In this document: piece by piece, positions 1-7,659 of the stretch
How the letters are laid out: each line of letters begins with the position of its first letter
How positions within the stretch are numbered: position 1 is the first letter of the stretch
Virus genome (UHGV): UHGV-0080856
DNA length: 34,512 nt
Origin: a virus
Reading direction: 5' to 3' (one strand)
Notes under the pieces: model-generated
What the model was told of the DNA's origin: nothing
Databases searched by the model: none
Seen by the model: the letters and a program-made list of their open reading frames with translations, nothing else
Translations under genes and position numbers: made by a program

Positions 1-113
1 ACGCCGAGGTCTGCGGGGACGCCGAGGTCTTCGGGAACGCCAAGGTCTTCGGGGACGCCAAGGTCTTCGGGGACGCCGAGGTCTGCGGGGACGCCAAGGT
101 CTTCGGGGACGCC
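1..113 (+). repeat. Continuation of the 18-bp tandem repeat array (about 6 units). The first 36 nt duplicate the window end
   Basis: Same 18-bp unit. nt 1-36 are identical to 34477-34512. Confidence 0.9.
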
Positions 114-386
114 ATTTTGAGACGTGGGTCCACCGAGACGGCAACCGATTACATCGTGATTGGACCCCAGGGATCGCGCCGGAGTTTTGCGACGTTGCAT
201 TTACCCTCCAATACGGTGTGCACTGGGTGTTTTGTCGGAGACTTGAATGAATTCAAGGTAGCGGTCTCCACTAGTCACAATCCTAATCACTGTGATGACT
301 GCAAGAGCTTCAACGAGCAGTATCAGCGTGTTATCCAGGTGTTTGAATTTTACGCGAAGGACCGTCAAGACAAAGATGTTCAATGA
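1..386 (+). CDS. 3' part of the wrap-around gene 34203..386: hexapeptide-repeat phage protein (about 219 aa after removing the 36-nt overlap). Contains tandem G-[ND]-A-[KE]-V-[FCS] repeats and a Cys-containing C-terminal domain
   Basis: Reading frame starting at nt 3 is open through the stop TGA at 384-386. It continues the frame of the ORF that begins with ATG at 34203. Ends ...GDAILRRGSTETATDYIVIG...CDDCKSFNEQYQRVIQVFEFYAKDRQDKDVQ*. Confidence 0.7.
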   Translation, partial: AEVCGDAEVFGNAKVFGDAKVFGDAEVCGDAKVFGDAILRRGSTETATDYIVIGPQGSRRSFATLHLPSNTVCTGCFVGDLNEFKVAVSTSHNPNHCDDCKSFNEQYQRVIQVFEFYAKDRQDKDVQ

Positions 387-1351
387 GCAGTTGGCCGGGG
401 CCAGCGCCAACTGGTCCCCGGCCTGTTATCAATAACATGAATGTGAATACCAATAACATGAATACCCCTACAACAGAATCCCTGACTTTACAAGAGCAAG
501 GACAGCAACTGTCCGTACTGGGAGCGTTTGCCAACAGTGAACAGTTCCAGATGGCGAAGCAGGCCGCCGAGATGCTTGCATCTTCCAGCATGGTGCCGAC
601 CACCTACCAGAATAACCCCGGTTCCTGCTTCATCGCCCTGAATACAGCCCTGCGGCTGCGGATGGATCCGCTGATGGTGATGCAGAATTTATACGTCGTG
701 CACGGAACTCCTTCCTGGTCGGGCAAGTTTGCCATCGCTCTTATTCAGACTTGCGGAAAGTTTAACGGCATCAAGTTCGAGGAACGCCGCGATGGAGAAA
801 GGCTGGTTGGCATGCGCCTGGTGGCCACGAAGAAGGAAACCGGCGAAGAGTGCCGCGGCGTATGGGTGACGGAAGAAATGGCGAAGAAAGAAAAATGGCT
901 GGAAAAGAACGGTAGCAAGTGGGCCACCATGCCGGAACTGATGTACAGGTACAGGGCTGCGGCGTTTTTCGCCCGGACGGAGTGCCCGGAAGTCCTGAAC
1001 GGGTTGAGCGTGGAGGGAGAGGCGGAAGATATTGCCGGCAAGAGCCAGCCGGATATTAAGCCGCCCCTGTTCAAGTCCAGGGAGATTTCCGGAGGTGACG
1101 TTGTGGATGCCGAGAAGGTTGCTGACTCCCCGCGGCAGCTGGGAGACGCGGAGGTTCCCGGCAAAGGCGACGTAGAAGTTCCGCCGCCCCACATCCGGCT
1201 GATGGAAGTTCTTTCCTGTACGGAAGATCAACTGAACAAGGCTATTGCGAAGGCCAGCGGCGACAAGGTGAAGGGATGGCACGAACTGAATGACAAGCAG
1301 AAGGAAAAGCTGGCGGCCAATCCTGACAAGCTGCAACCCTTTATCGGATAG
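383..1351 (+). CDS. recT: RecT/Red-beta-like single-strand annealing protein (phage recombinase)
   Basis: The 322-aa ORF resembles the RecT family from memory (…FQMAKQAAEMLASSSMVPTTYQNNPGSCFIALNTALRLRMDPLMVMQNLYVV… and …WVTEEMAKKEKWLEKNGSKWATMPELMYRYRAAAFFAR…). It is followed by an exonuclease partner. Start is uncertain: ATG 383 overlaps the upstream stop and lies before a strong hairpin (398-430). ATG 437 or 458 are alternatives; the 12-mer aataacatgaat is duplicated there. Confidence 0.7.
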   Translation: MSSWPGPAPTGPRPVINNMNVNTNNMNTPTTESLTLQEQGQQLSVLGAFANSEQFQMAKQAAEMLASSSMVPTTYQNNPGSCFIALNTALRLRMDPLMVMQNLYVVHGTPSWSGKFAIALIQTCGKFNGIKFEERRDGERLVGMRLVATKKETGEECRGVWVTEEMAKKEKWLEKNGSKWATMPELMYRYRAAAFFARTECPEVLNGLSVEGEAEDIAGKSQPDIKPPLFKSREISGGDVVDAEKVADSPRQLGDAEVPGKGDVEVPPPHIRLMEVLSCTEDQLNKAIAKASGDKVKGWHELNDKQKEKLAANPDKLQPFIG

Positions 1352-1366
1352 GAAGGAGACGACAAC

Positions 1367-2584
1367 ATGACCGATACTGTTGAAGATGTACGTAAAGGGC
1401 TGCCCTCCGCGTCTGCGTTTGGACGTCTGGCTTTATGCCCAGGCTCGTTTACGATGGAGAAGTCCTGTCCCGACGAGAGTTCCGAGGCTGCCGCAGAAGG
1501 CACGCTGTTGCACCGCTATATGGAGTATCTTCTTTTGAAGGATGATGCAGCCGAAGAAGGAATGGAGTTTTCCTGGCATGATTTTCTGAATAGCCGGGAG
1601 TATGAGTCTGCCGAGCTGAATCATGAGCAGGTGGAGCTTTGCGGACGTGCTCTGCGTCTGCTGGATGATGTGAAAGAGAAGATCCTGGATTATCCCGATG
1701 CTTTTTTTTCTCTTGTATCCACCGAAGAACGCCGTTTCTTGTCCGACTGGATTGAAGGGGGCGAGTATTCCGGACAGTGGGACGCACTGTTCAGAGTTGG
1801 GTCGGATCTTCTGGTACTGGATTGGAAGTTTGGCCGCGTGGCTGTGGATTCCGCCGAGGCCAACCGTCAGCTTGAAGCCCTGGTTCCGCTGGCGGCTCAA
1901 AAAGCCAATGAAGAGGGGATTATTTACAACGGCATTTACGCGGCTATCATCCAGCCGCGGGTGGCTGGTCCGGCATCTGTTACGTTTTACGATGACGAGG
2001 CAATTAGCCAGGCCGAACAGGATTCTCTTGCCGTCGCCAGGGCTGCCGTGGACCCGGATGCCCCGCGCTATTGCAGCGAGGCCGCCTGCCGGTATTGCCG
2101 GGCCAAGGCGGTGTGCCACGAGGCCGCGGCCATGGTGGAGCAGGCCTCCCTGATTGCTACGGACCGGGATAAGTGGGAGCTGTTTTCCCCTGCCGAGAAG
2201 GTTCAGGCTTACCACCTGGCGAAGACGGCAAAGAAATGGGCGGCTGCTGTGGATTACCGGTTTGAACAGGATGTGGCCGCCGGCCTGATTCCCGGTTTTG
2301 AGATGGCGCCCGGACGCACCAGTTTCACGGTGACGGATCCTTCCGGGGCGTTTTCCGTACTGAGTGCCGAGTTCCCGGACGAGGTGACGGCGGAAGCGTT
2401 TGCCGGGTGCTGCAAGGTCGGCATCACGGAATTGGACAGACTGGTTCACGCGGCTCGTAAAGCGGCGGATCCGAAGGCGACCACGAAGGCCAGCCGCGAA
2501 TGGCTGCGGCAGTTGCTGGCGGAGTATGGCGAATCGAAAACCACGAAGGGATCCGTGAAGGAAGTGGAAGGAGGTGCGGCATGA
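1367..2584 (+). CDS. PD-(D/E)XK family exonuclease with a Cas4/RecB-like 4-Cys cluster (RecT partner nuclease)
   Basis: 405 aa. One N-terminal Cys (LALCPGSF) and a C-terminal C-x4-C-x2-C-x5-C cluster (YCSEAACRYCRAKAVC). Acidic/Lys motif DWKFGRV. Sits directly after recT with an RBS (ggaaggagacgacaacATG). Confidence 0.65.
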   Translation: MTDTVEDVRKGLPSASAFGRLALCPGSFTMEKSCPDESSEAAAEGTLLHRYMEYLLLKDDAAEEGMEFSWHDFLNSREYESAELNHEQVELCGRALRLLDDVKEKILDYPDAFFSLVSTEERRFLSDWIEGGEYSGQWDALFRVGSDLLVLDWKFGRVAVDSAEANRQLEALVPLAAQKANEEGIIYNGIYAAIIQPRVAGPASVTFYDDEAISQAEQDSLAVARAAVDPDAPRYCSEAACRYCRAKAVCHEAAAMVEQASLIATDRDKWELFSPAEKVQAYHLAKTAKKWAAAVDYRFEQDVAAGLIPGFEMAPGRTSFTVTDPSGAFSVLSAEFPDEVTAEAFAGCCKVGITELDRLVHAARKAADPKATTKASREWLRQLLAEYGESKTTKGSVKEVEGGAA

Positions 2585-2979
2585 TGACCACGCTGACCAT
2601 TACCTTGCCTCACACGCCGCGCTGCCTGTCTCCGAATGCGAAGGCCCCTCTCACGCAGAGGGGGGCCCAGGTGGCGGGGTTCAAGAAGACGGCTGCCAAG
2701 AGCCGCGCCCGGAATATAGCTTGGGGCAGGACTTGTGAAGCCCTGAATGGCCGGAGGATGCAACCGACGCATTACCGGGTGATCTGGTTTTTCAAGGGAC
2801 CGAAGCCGGACGCGGATAATTGCCTGGCCCGCTGCAAGGCGTATCTGGATGGAGCCTGCAAGGCCATGGGGATTGACGACAGGACGCTGGACTGCGCCGG
2901 GATTGACCGCGTGCATGATCTGGACAGGGCCGGACAGGTGGAAATCGTGTTTGAAAGGAGGGACGATGAAAACGCCTAA
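2581..2979 (+). CDS. rusA: RusA-like Holliday junction resolvase
   Basis: ATGA start/stop overlap with the upstream gene. The 132-aa product has RusA-like features: LPHTPRCLSPNAKAP...HYR...DADNCLARCKAYLDGACKAMGIDDRTLD, with conserved Asp residues. Confidence 0.7.
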   Translation: MMTTLTITLPHTPRCLSPNAKAPLTQRGAQVAGFKKTAAKSRARNIAWGRTCEALNGRRMQPTHYRVIWFFKGPKPDADNCLARCKAYLDGACKAMGIDDRTLDCAGIDRVHDLDRAGQVEIVFERRDDENA

Positions 2980-3340
2980 ATGCCCTCTTTGCGGCACACC
3001 TTTGAAAGCCATACGAGGATATGATGTCCGAGGAATAACAACCGATTGGGTTGCTGGTTGCTACAACTGCTTCTTCCAGAGTTCCCATTTTTGGAAAACC
3101 AAGAAAGCGTGCATTGAAGATATGGATAGGCTTGTTTCTTTGTTTCCTCCCATCATGAGGGTCTGGCCGGGGGACAAGCTCGTATATAGTAGCAGTATTT
3201 ATCCCGTTACGATTGTCTCTAAGGACCTTGATTTATGCAAAATAACCGTTCGCGACTACGCAGGAGACGCTTCCATCATTTACTGTGATGAGGTGGATCA
3301 ATGGCCCTGGGAGATTGAGCAGAAAGGAGTCCAGCAATGA
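2966..3340 (+). CDS. Hypothetical small Cys-rich protein (zinc-ribbon-like; CPLCG...GCYNC)
   Basis: ATG 2966 overlaps the end of rusA. 124 aa. No recognisable family. Confidence 0.45.
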   Translation: MKTPKCPLCGTPLKAIRGYDVRGITTDWVAGCYNCFFQSSHFWKTKKACIEDMDRLVSLFPPIMRVWPGDKLVYSSSIYPVTIVSKDLDLCKITVRDYAGDASIIYCDEVDQWPWEIEQKGVQQ

Positions 3341-3434
3341 TAATTATTGATTTATTCGATATTTTAATATTTTCAATTTTAGTTATATTATTAGTTATTC
3401 TTATCATTCAATATATTATATACAAAATAAAAAA
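3341..3434. promoter_or_regulatory. Extremely AT-rich 94-bp intergenic island in a GC-rich genome. Candidate promoter or DNA-unwinding element for the downstream operon
   Basis: taattattgatttattcgatattttaatattttcaattttagttatattattagttattcttatcattcaatatattatatacaaaataaaaaa lies directly upstream of ATG 3435. Confidence 0.4.
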
Positions 3435-3776
3435 ATGAAACTGACGTCTGAACAACAAGCTTTTTACGAATATGGAAAAGCAGTCGAAACTCTCGAAACC
3501 AGAATTGAAAGGATTCGCAATAATGCCCGAATACGATTTAAAATGGAATATCACGAGCTGCCACTCCAATTTCGCGGAGGCTTATGGGACGACTTCCAAC
3601 TGTACTACGCTATCGGCGACGTCCGCCGGAAGCGGGCCGCATGCAGGGCGTGGCAACGCCGCCGTTGCGAAACCTGCCTGAATGGGGATTACGAGTTTCC
3701 ATACATATGCGATACGTGCTCACGAAGCCATTATGTTTCCGACAACTGGGAGCCGAGAAAGGAGGGAGAATCATGA
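3435..3776 (+). CDS. Hypothetical protein (113 aa; C-terminal Cys pairs CxxC...CxxC)
   Basis: ATG 3435 directly follows the AT-rich region. The ORF is clean. Confidence 0.5.
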   Translation: MKLTSEQQAFYEYGKAVETLETRIERIRNNARIRFKMEYHELPLQFRGGLWDDFQLYYAIGDVRRKRAACRAWQRRRCETCLNGDYEFPYICDTCSRSHYVSDNWEPRKEGES

Positions 3777-4165
3777 AATACCTCTTTGACCTGCCGCCCC
3801 GTGACCTTGCACAGAAACCCTACGCCGTGGGATTGCCCCCGGAGGTGGATGCCTGGGCCAAGGCCAACAAGCACCGTATCGGAACCTATCGATCTTGGTG
3901 CAGGCCGCAATATTCCGTTTTTATCGGGAATGTCGATATGCTCCAGGAATTGTGCAACCTGTATGATGACTATGGGTTTATTGCCTACGGCAACACCAAG
4001 GGCGCTGCCGTTCAGCAGCTTTACAACAATCTCCAAATGCGAAAAGCCACGGTGGAAGATGCCTTGCGTTTCCTGCTGGGCTATTTGCAAGACCCGCAAG
4101 AGGCCAAGAAATACGTCGCGGCGTTTGGCGTGGATATGGCGGCGGACGGAAAGGAGGTGGAGTGA
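3773..4165 (+). CDS. Hypothetical protein (130 aa)
   Basis: ATG 3773 with RBS aaaggaggg. ATGA overlap with the upstream gene. Confidence 0.5.
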   Translation: MKYLFDLPPRDLAQKPYAVGLPPEVDAWAKANKHRIGTYRSWCRPQYSVFIGNVDMLQELCNLYDDYGFIAYGNTKGAAVQQLYNNLQMRKATVEDALRFLLGYLQDPQEAKKYVAAFGVDMAADGKEVE

Positions 4166-4932
4166 ATGAGCTGGCTCTTTTCGCGGGCGCTGGTGGAGGA
4201 ATACTTGGAAGCGAGCTGCTCGGATTCCGCACCGTTTGCGCCGTCGAACTCGAACCCTATCCCGCAAGCGTGCTGCTCGCCCGACAAAATGACGGCTTAC
4301 TCCCGCCTTTCCCGGTTTGGGATGACGTACGCACCTTTGACGGACGACCGTGGCGCGGCCTTGTTGACGTGGTATCTGGAGGCTTCCCGTGCCAGGACAT
4401 TTCAGCCGCAGGAAAAGGCGCCGGCATTGACGGCGCCCGCTCCGGCCTCTGGAGGGAAATGCACCGAATTATCAATGAGGTACGACCGGAATTCGCATTC
4501 CTGGAAAACTCACCTCTGCTTGTGGGAAGAGGACTTGCCAGAATCCTCGGTGACCTTGCCCGCATCGGGTATGATGCTGCATGGTGTGTGCTGGGAGCTG
4601 ACGCCGTTGGATTACCCCATCGCCGCGCCAGATTATGGCTTCTTGCCCACCATGCGTGCATGTATCGCCAAATATGGACTGTGTTGGAAGAGAGCGGAGG
4701 AAGGCAAACCAAAAGGGAATTTGGAAGATTACCTGGCATATCTCTATGTCAGGAGCGGTGGGAAGCGAGTCAGGGGGATGTGTGTGTCAGCGTCTTTCGC
4801 CGCCCTGATGATGGGGTGGCCCCAGAAGTGGACGAGCTTAAAGCCCTTGGCAACGGGCAAGTTCCTGCAGTGGCGGCAACTGCATTCCGGGTTTTGCTTG
4901 GCAGATTCCAAGAAGGAAAGGAGGGGGAATGA
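4162..4932 (+). CDS. dcm: DNA (cytosine-5)-methyltransferase
   Basis: Motif I LFAGAGGG, motif IV GGFPCQDIS, ENS/ENV-like FLENSP, Q/R-rich HRRARLW, motif X ALGNGQVPAVAATAF. Presumed GTG start at 4162 after RBS aaggagg. The alternative frame beginning ATG 4166 lacks these motifs. Confidence 0.85.
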   Translation: MNELALFAGAGGGILGSELLGFRTVCAVELEPYPASVLLARQNDGLLPPFPVWDDVRTFDGRPWRGLVDVVSGGFPCQDISAAGKGAGIDGARSGLWREMHRIINEVRPEFAFLENSPLLVGRGLARILGDLARIGYDAAWCVLGADAVGLPHRRARLWLLAHHACMYRQIWTVLEESGGRQTKREFGRLPGISLCQERWEASQGDVCVSVFRRPDDGVAPEVDELKALGNGQVPAVAATAFRVLLGRFQEGKEGE

Positions 4933-5399
4933 AAGCCATTCTTGACGCCTGCTGCGGCTCCCGCATGTTCTGGTTTAACCGCCGCCATCCCGATGTGGTG
5001 TTCATGGACCGCCGGGAGGAAACGCACATGCTTTGCGACGGGCGAACCTTGGAAATCAAGCCGGACGTCGTCGGGGACTTCCGGGAGATGCCTTTCAGCG
5101 ACGGGGCGTTTCTCCTTGTCGTGTTCGACCCTCCGCACCTGATTCACGCCGGGGAATCGTCCTGGCTGGCCAAGAAATACGGAAAACTGGACAGGGAGAC
5201 TTGGCAGGAGGATTTGAAGGCCGGTTTCCGGGAGTGTTTCCGGGTTTTGGAACCGGGCGGCGTTCTGGTGTTCAAATGGTGTGAGGATCAGGTCAGCACG
5301 GCAGAAGTGTTGAAGCTGGCCAGCCATGAACCTTTGTTCGGACACCGCCGCGGGAAGACCGTCTTCCTGGTCTTTATGAAATCTACAACCCCCAACTGA
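4929..5399 (+). CDS. Small DNA amino-methyltransferase (N6-adenine or N4-cytosine type)
   Basis: 156 aa. SAM-binding-like LDACCGS (motif I variant) and catalytic-like VVFDPPH (D/N/S-PP-Y/F/H). ATGA overlap with the C5-MTase gene. Confidence 0.6.
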   Translation: MKAILDACCGSRMFWFNRRHPDVVFMDRREETHMLCDGRTLEIKPDVVGDFREMPFSDGAFLLVVFDPPHLIHAGESSWLAKKYGKLDRETWQEDLKAGFRECFRVLEPGGVLVFKWCEDQVSTAEVLKLASHEPLFGHRRGKTVFLVFMKSTTPN

Positions 5400-5411
5400 C
5401 ACTTTTTTGAT

Positions 5412-6179
5412 ATGGCCGGAGACTGGATCAAGGTGGAACACACGACACCGGACAAACCCGAAGTGGTGAAGCTGGCCGGCATCCTTGGAATTGATCAGGA
5501 TGCCGTTGTCGGCAAGCTGCTTCGCCTCTGGATTTGGGCTGATCAACAATCCGTTTCTGGTAACGCCATTACCGTTACAAATTCGTTTCTCGACCGTCTC
5601 GTATTCTGCCCCGGCTTTGCTGCTGGGCTTGTCAAAGTCGGCTGGTTGAATGGACGCGAGGGCCTCCTTTCAATCCCCAATTTTGACCGCCACAACGGCC
5701 AATCCGCCAAGAATAGGGCCAATACGAACCGCCGTGTTGCGAATAGCAGAAAAGCTCATCATGAGCGAGTTGCAAAAACATGTAACGAAAATGTAACGCT
5801 CGAACCGTTACAAAAACCGTTACCAGAGAAGAGAAGAGAAGATAATACTACTACTACAACTACAACCGGGCGCGAGGTTTGCCAATTTCCGAAGGACGTT
5901 TCCGAGGTTGACCGTTTTATGGACGCCCAGGTTCTGCACCCGCTTGGAGACGAGCTGACCCGGTGCGCGGAACGGTTTTTCAACGAACAGTCCGCCGTTG
6001 GATGGCGAAACCGGCACGGCGTCCCCCTGGCGGACTGGCGGCCCATGGCTCGCCAATACGCTGCCACCTGGGCCCGGAACAATGCGGACGCGCCCGGGAT
6101 GAAACCCGCCAATACCGTGGGAACCAAGCCAAAATCAACGACTAAACCATCAAGAAGAGATGACCTCTGGAAAGATTGA
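5412..6179 (+). CDS. Phage replication initiation / replisome organizer protein (O-like, DnaD-like), with an internal poly-Thr linker
   Basis: N-terminus MAGDWIKVEHTTPDKPEVVKLAGILGI...LLRLWIWAD resembles, from memory, phage replisome-organizer N-domains. It is immediately followed by a DnaC-like loader. An iteron cluster lies inside the gene. Confidence 0.6.
   Translation: MAGDWIKVEHTTPDKPEVVKLAGILGIDQDAVVGKLLRLWIWADQQSVSGNAITVTNSFLDRLVFCPGFAAGLVKVGWLNGREGLLSIPNFDRHNGQSAKNRANTNRRVANSRKAHHERVAKTCNENVTLEPLQKPLPEKRREDNTTTTTTTGREVCQFPKDVSEVDRFMDAQVLHPLGDELTRCAERFFNEQSAVGWRNRHGVPLADWRPMARQYAATWARNNADAPGMKPANTVGTKPKSTTKPSRRDDLWKD
5560..5870. promoter_or_regulatory. Candidate origin of replication (ori) inside the organizer gene: GTAACG/CGTTAC iterons, GAGAA x3, ACT/ACA triplet run
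   Basis: The 6-mer core GTAACG or its complement occurs at 5560, 5572, 5781, 5792, 5805 and 5817. It is followed by gagaagagaagagaa and actactactacaactacaacc. Confidence 0.5.
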
Positions 6180-6900
6180 CGAACCCATTAAACCCCAGGG
6201 AGGACTGAAAGGAGTTAATCTTGAAAGCCTCTTGGAATCCATCACCCTGCTTGCCGAGGACGACGGAAGAAGCATTGAAGAGCTGGAAGCGGAAGCGCTG
6301 GCTGCTGAAAAGCAGCGGGAAGAAGAACGCCGGGCGGCATACGAACGCCTGGGCCTGATTGATCGCGGCTTTCCCCGACGCGCTATTGATTGTCTCGACG
6401 AAGTAACTGGGGATCCATGGAAGAAAGCCCTCCGTGACTCCTACCGCCTCGTTTTAACCCCTGGGAGCATCATTGTGCTGAACGGTCGATACGGCACCGG
6501 GAAAACGGTATTGAGCACGTTTCTTGGACGCATCATGTACAGGCGAAAGAAGCGCGTACTCTATACCAAGGCCTATGATTACACGATGGCCTTGAGAGAG
6601 ACGTTTAACGGCAACGGCTTAGAATCCGATGTCATGAAGCGATACAAGGCGCCGTATCTTCTGGTGCTGGACGAGTATCACGAGGTCAAGGACACGGACT
6701 TTGCAGGCGCTGCGCTGGAACGGCTCATTGACTACCGGCACCAGAACGGCAAACCGACCATCATCATCGCCAACTACAGCCCCGCCGCCCTTGAAGATCG
6801 ACTCGGGCCGGCCATTGTTTCCCGCATCCACCTTTGCGGCACCATCATTACCTGCAATTGGACATCCTACCGCGAAATCAACTACCATCCCCGGGAATAG
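6160..6900 (+). CDS. dnaC: DnaC/IstB-like AAA+ helicase loader
   Basis: Walker A NGRYGTGKT, Walker B LLVLDEYH, sensor-like IIIANYS. Overlaps the organizer gene by 20 nt. Confidence 0.8.
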   Translation: MTSGKIDEPIKPQGGLKGVNLESLLESITLLAEDDGRSIEELEAEALAAEKQREEERRAAYERLGLIDRGFPRRAIDCLDEVTGDPWKKALRDSYRLVLTPGSIIVLNGRYGTGKTVLSTFLGRIMYRRKKRVLYTKAYDYTMALRETFNGNGLESDVMKRYKAPYLLVLDEYHEVKDTDFAGAALERLIDYRHQNGKPTIIIANYSPAALEDRLGPAIVSRIHLCGTIITCNWTSYREINYHPRE

Positions 6901-6934
6901 CCCTGGAATCTCGTATACCCTGGAATCTCGTATA
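6901..6934. repeat. Perfect tandem duplication of a 17-bp unit (ccctggaatctcgtata x2) between convergent genes
   Basis: Read directly: ccctggaatctcgtata ccctggaatctcgtata. Confidence 0.9.
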
Positions 6935-6937
6935 GGT

Positions 6938-7138
6938 CTATTCGTCCGGCAATCCGTGACGGGTGATTAGCTCCATCAACAGCTCCATGGAAGGACTCGT
7001 TTTTCTGGACCCGCCCAACCATTGCCACACCGCCATTTCCGTCACACGCAACATTTGCGCAGCCTTTTTGACCGCAGAAGTTTTGGATCGCAAATGGTAT
7101 CTGGACTGCACCCAATCAACAAATTCTTGAATAGTCAT
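6938..7138 (-). CDS. Small HTH DNA-binding protein (66 aa)
   Basis: HTH-like segment KKAAQMLRVTEMAVWQWLGG. Last gene of the minus-strand cassette. Confidence 0.5.
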   Translation of the reverse strand: MTIQEFVDWVQSRYHLRSKTSAVKKAAQMLRVTEMAVWQWLGGSRKTSPSMELLMELITRHGLPDE

Positions 7139-7177
7139 AGCTGTGCCAGGGCGGCATGCACCGCCCTGGAATCATGG

Positions 7178-7501
7178 TTAGAGGGCTTCAACGCGGTCGG
7201 AGTCCTGGAACCAGTTAAGGTTTTCCGGGTCTATCTCTTCACCTTTCACCTGCGTGAAAGTCATGAAGATTTCCACGGGGTTTCCGTTTTCGTCGTATCC
7301 GGGCGCGGAGTATTCCTCGGTGTATTCGTCCCCGTCTTCCGCGTCGTTGTAGCATCCGGCAAAAAGACGATTGGTTAATTCCATTTGGCGAGCAGCATAG
7401 TAGGTGTGTCCTTCAAAATCATAGCTACCGAATTCGCGTTCAAGCGCGCTCAGATTGATTTCTTCGCCGTCTTCCGTGGTGATGATTTTGTTGTCGTTCA
7501 T
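7178..7501 (-). CDS. Highly acidic small protein (107 aa; about 29 D/E vs 6 K/R). Candidate DNA-mimic or anti-restriction type protein
   Basis: ATG at 7501 (MNDNKIITTEDGEEINLSALEREFGSYDFEGHTYY...). The strong negative charge is a feature shared with Ocr/ArdA-like proteins. Function not established. Confidence 0.45.
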   Translation of the reverse strand: MNDNKIITTEDGEEINLSALEREFGSYDFEGHTYYAARQMELTNRLFAGCYNDAEDGDEYTEEYSAPGYDENGNPVEIFMTFTQVKGEEIDPENLNWFQDSDRVEAL

Positions 7502-7572
7502 TGTCTTGTTCTTTCTGATTTGGTTTTGGATTGTGTCTTCGTTCGGTCCCTTACCTCCCGTCAACAAGGTCA

Positions 7573-7601
7573 ATATACTAAACAATGTTTAGTATAGCAA
7601 G
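7573..7601 (-). promoter_or_regulatory. Minus-strand promoter with an embedded 21-bp perfect palindrome operator (ATACTAAACA-A-TGTTTAGTAT)
   Basis: On the minus strand: TTGCTA (7601-7596), 17-nt spacer, TATATT (7578-7573). The palindrome 7575-7595 fills the spacer and the -10. Confidence 0.5.
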
Positions 7602-7659
7602 AGAAAAAATGAAAAAAGAAGATTTTTTTCGTTGTCGTCCTCCATCAAAAAATGATAGG

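Noticed and set aside
398-430. Strong GC hairpin (ggccggggccag...ctggtccccggcc) at the 5' end of the recT ORF, considered as a terminator
   Set aside because: It is not followed by a T-run and lies inside the longest recT reading frame. It could be a structured translation-initiation region, and that is why the recT start is left uncertain.
1433-2449. 338-aa minus-strand ORF antisense to the Cas4-like exonuclease gene. Similar long antisense ORFs lie at 689..1336, 4770..5549, 9470..10192, 12110..12883, 27166..27975, 28575..29288 and 29646..30407
   Set aside because: Arg/Gly/Pro-rich low-complexity translations typical of antisense frames in high-GC coding DNA. The sense-strand genes carry recognisable motifs and operon coupling.
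4166-4945. 259-aa ORF starting with ATG 4166, overlapping the C5-methyltransferase gene in another frame
   Set aside because: The +1 frame starting at GTG 4162 contains all the canonical C5-MTase motifs (FxGxGG, PCQ, ENV-like, GN-x-V). This frame has none and is the kind of long spurious ORF expected in GC-rich DNA.
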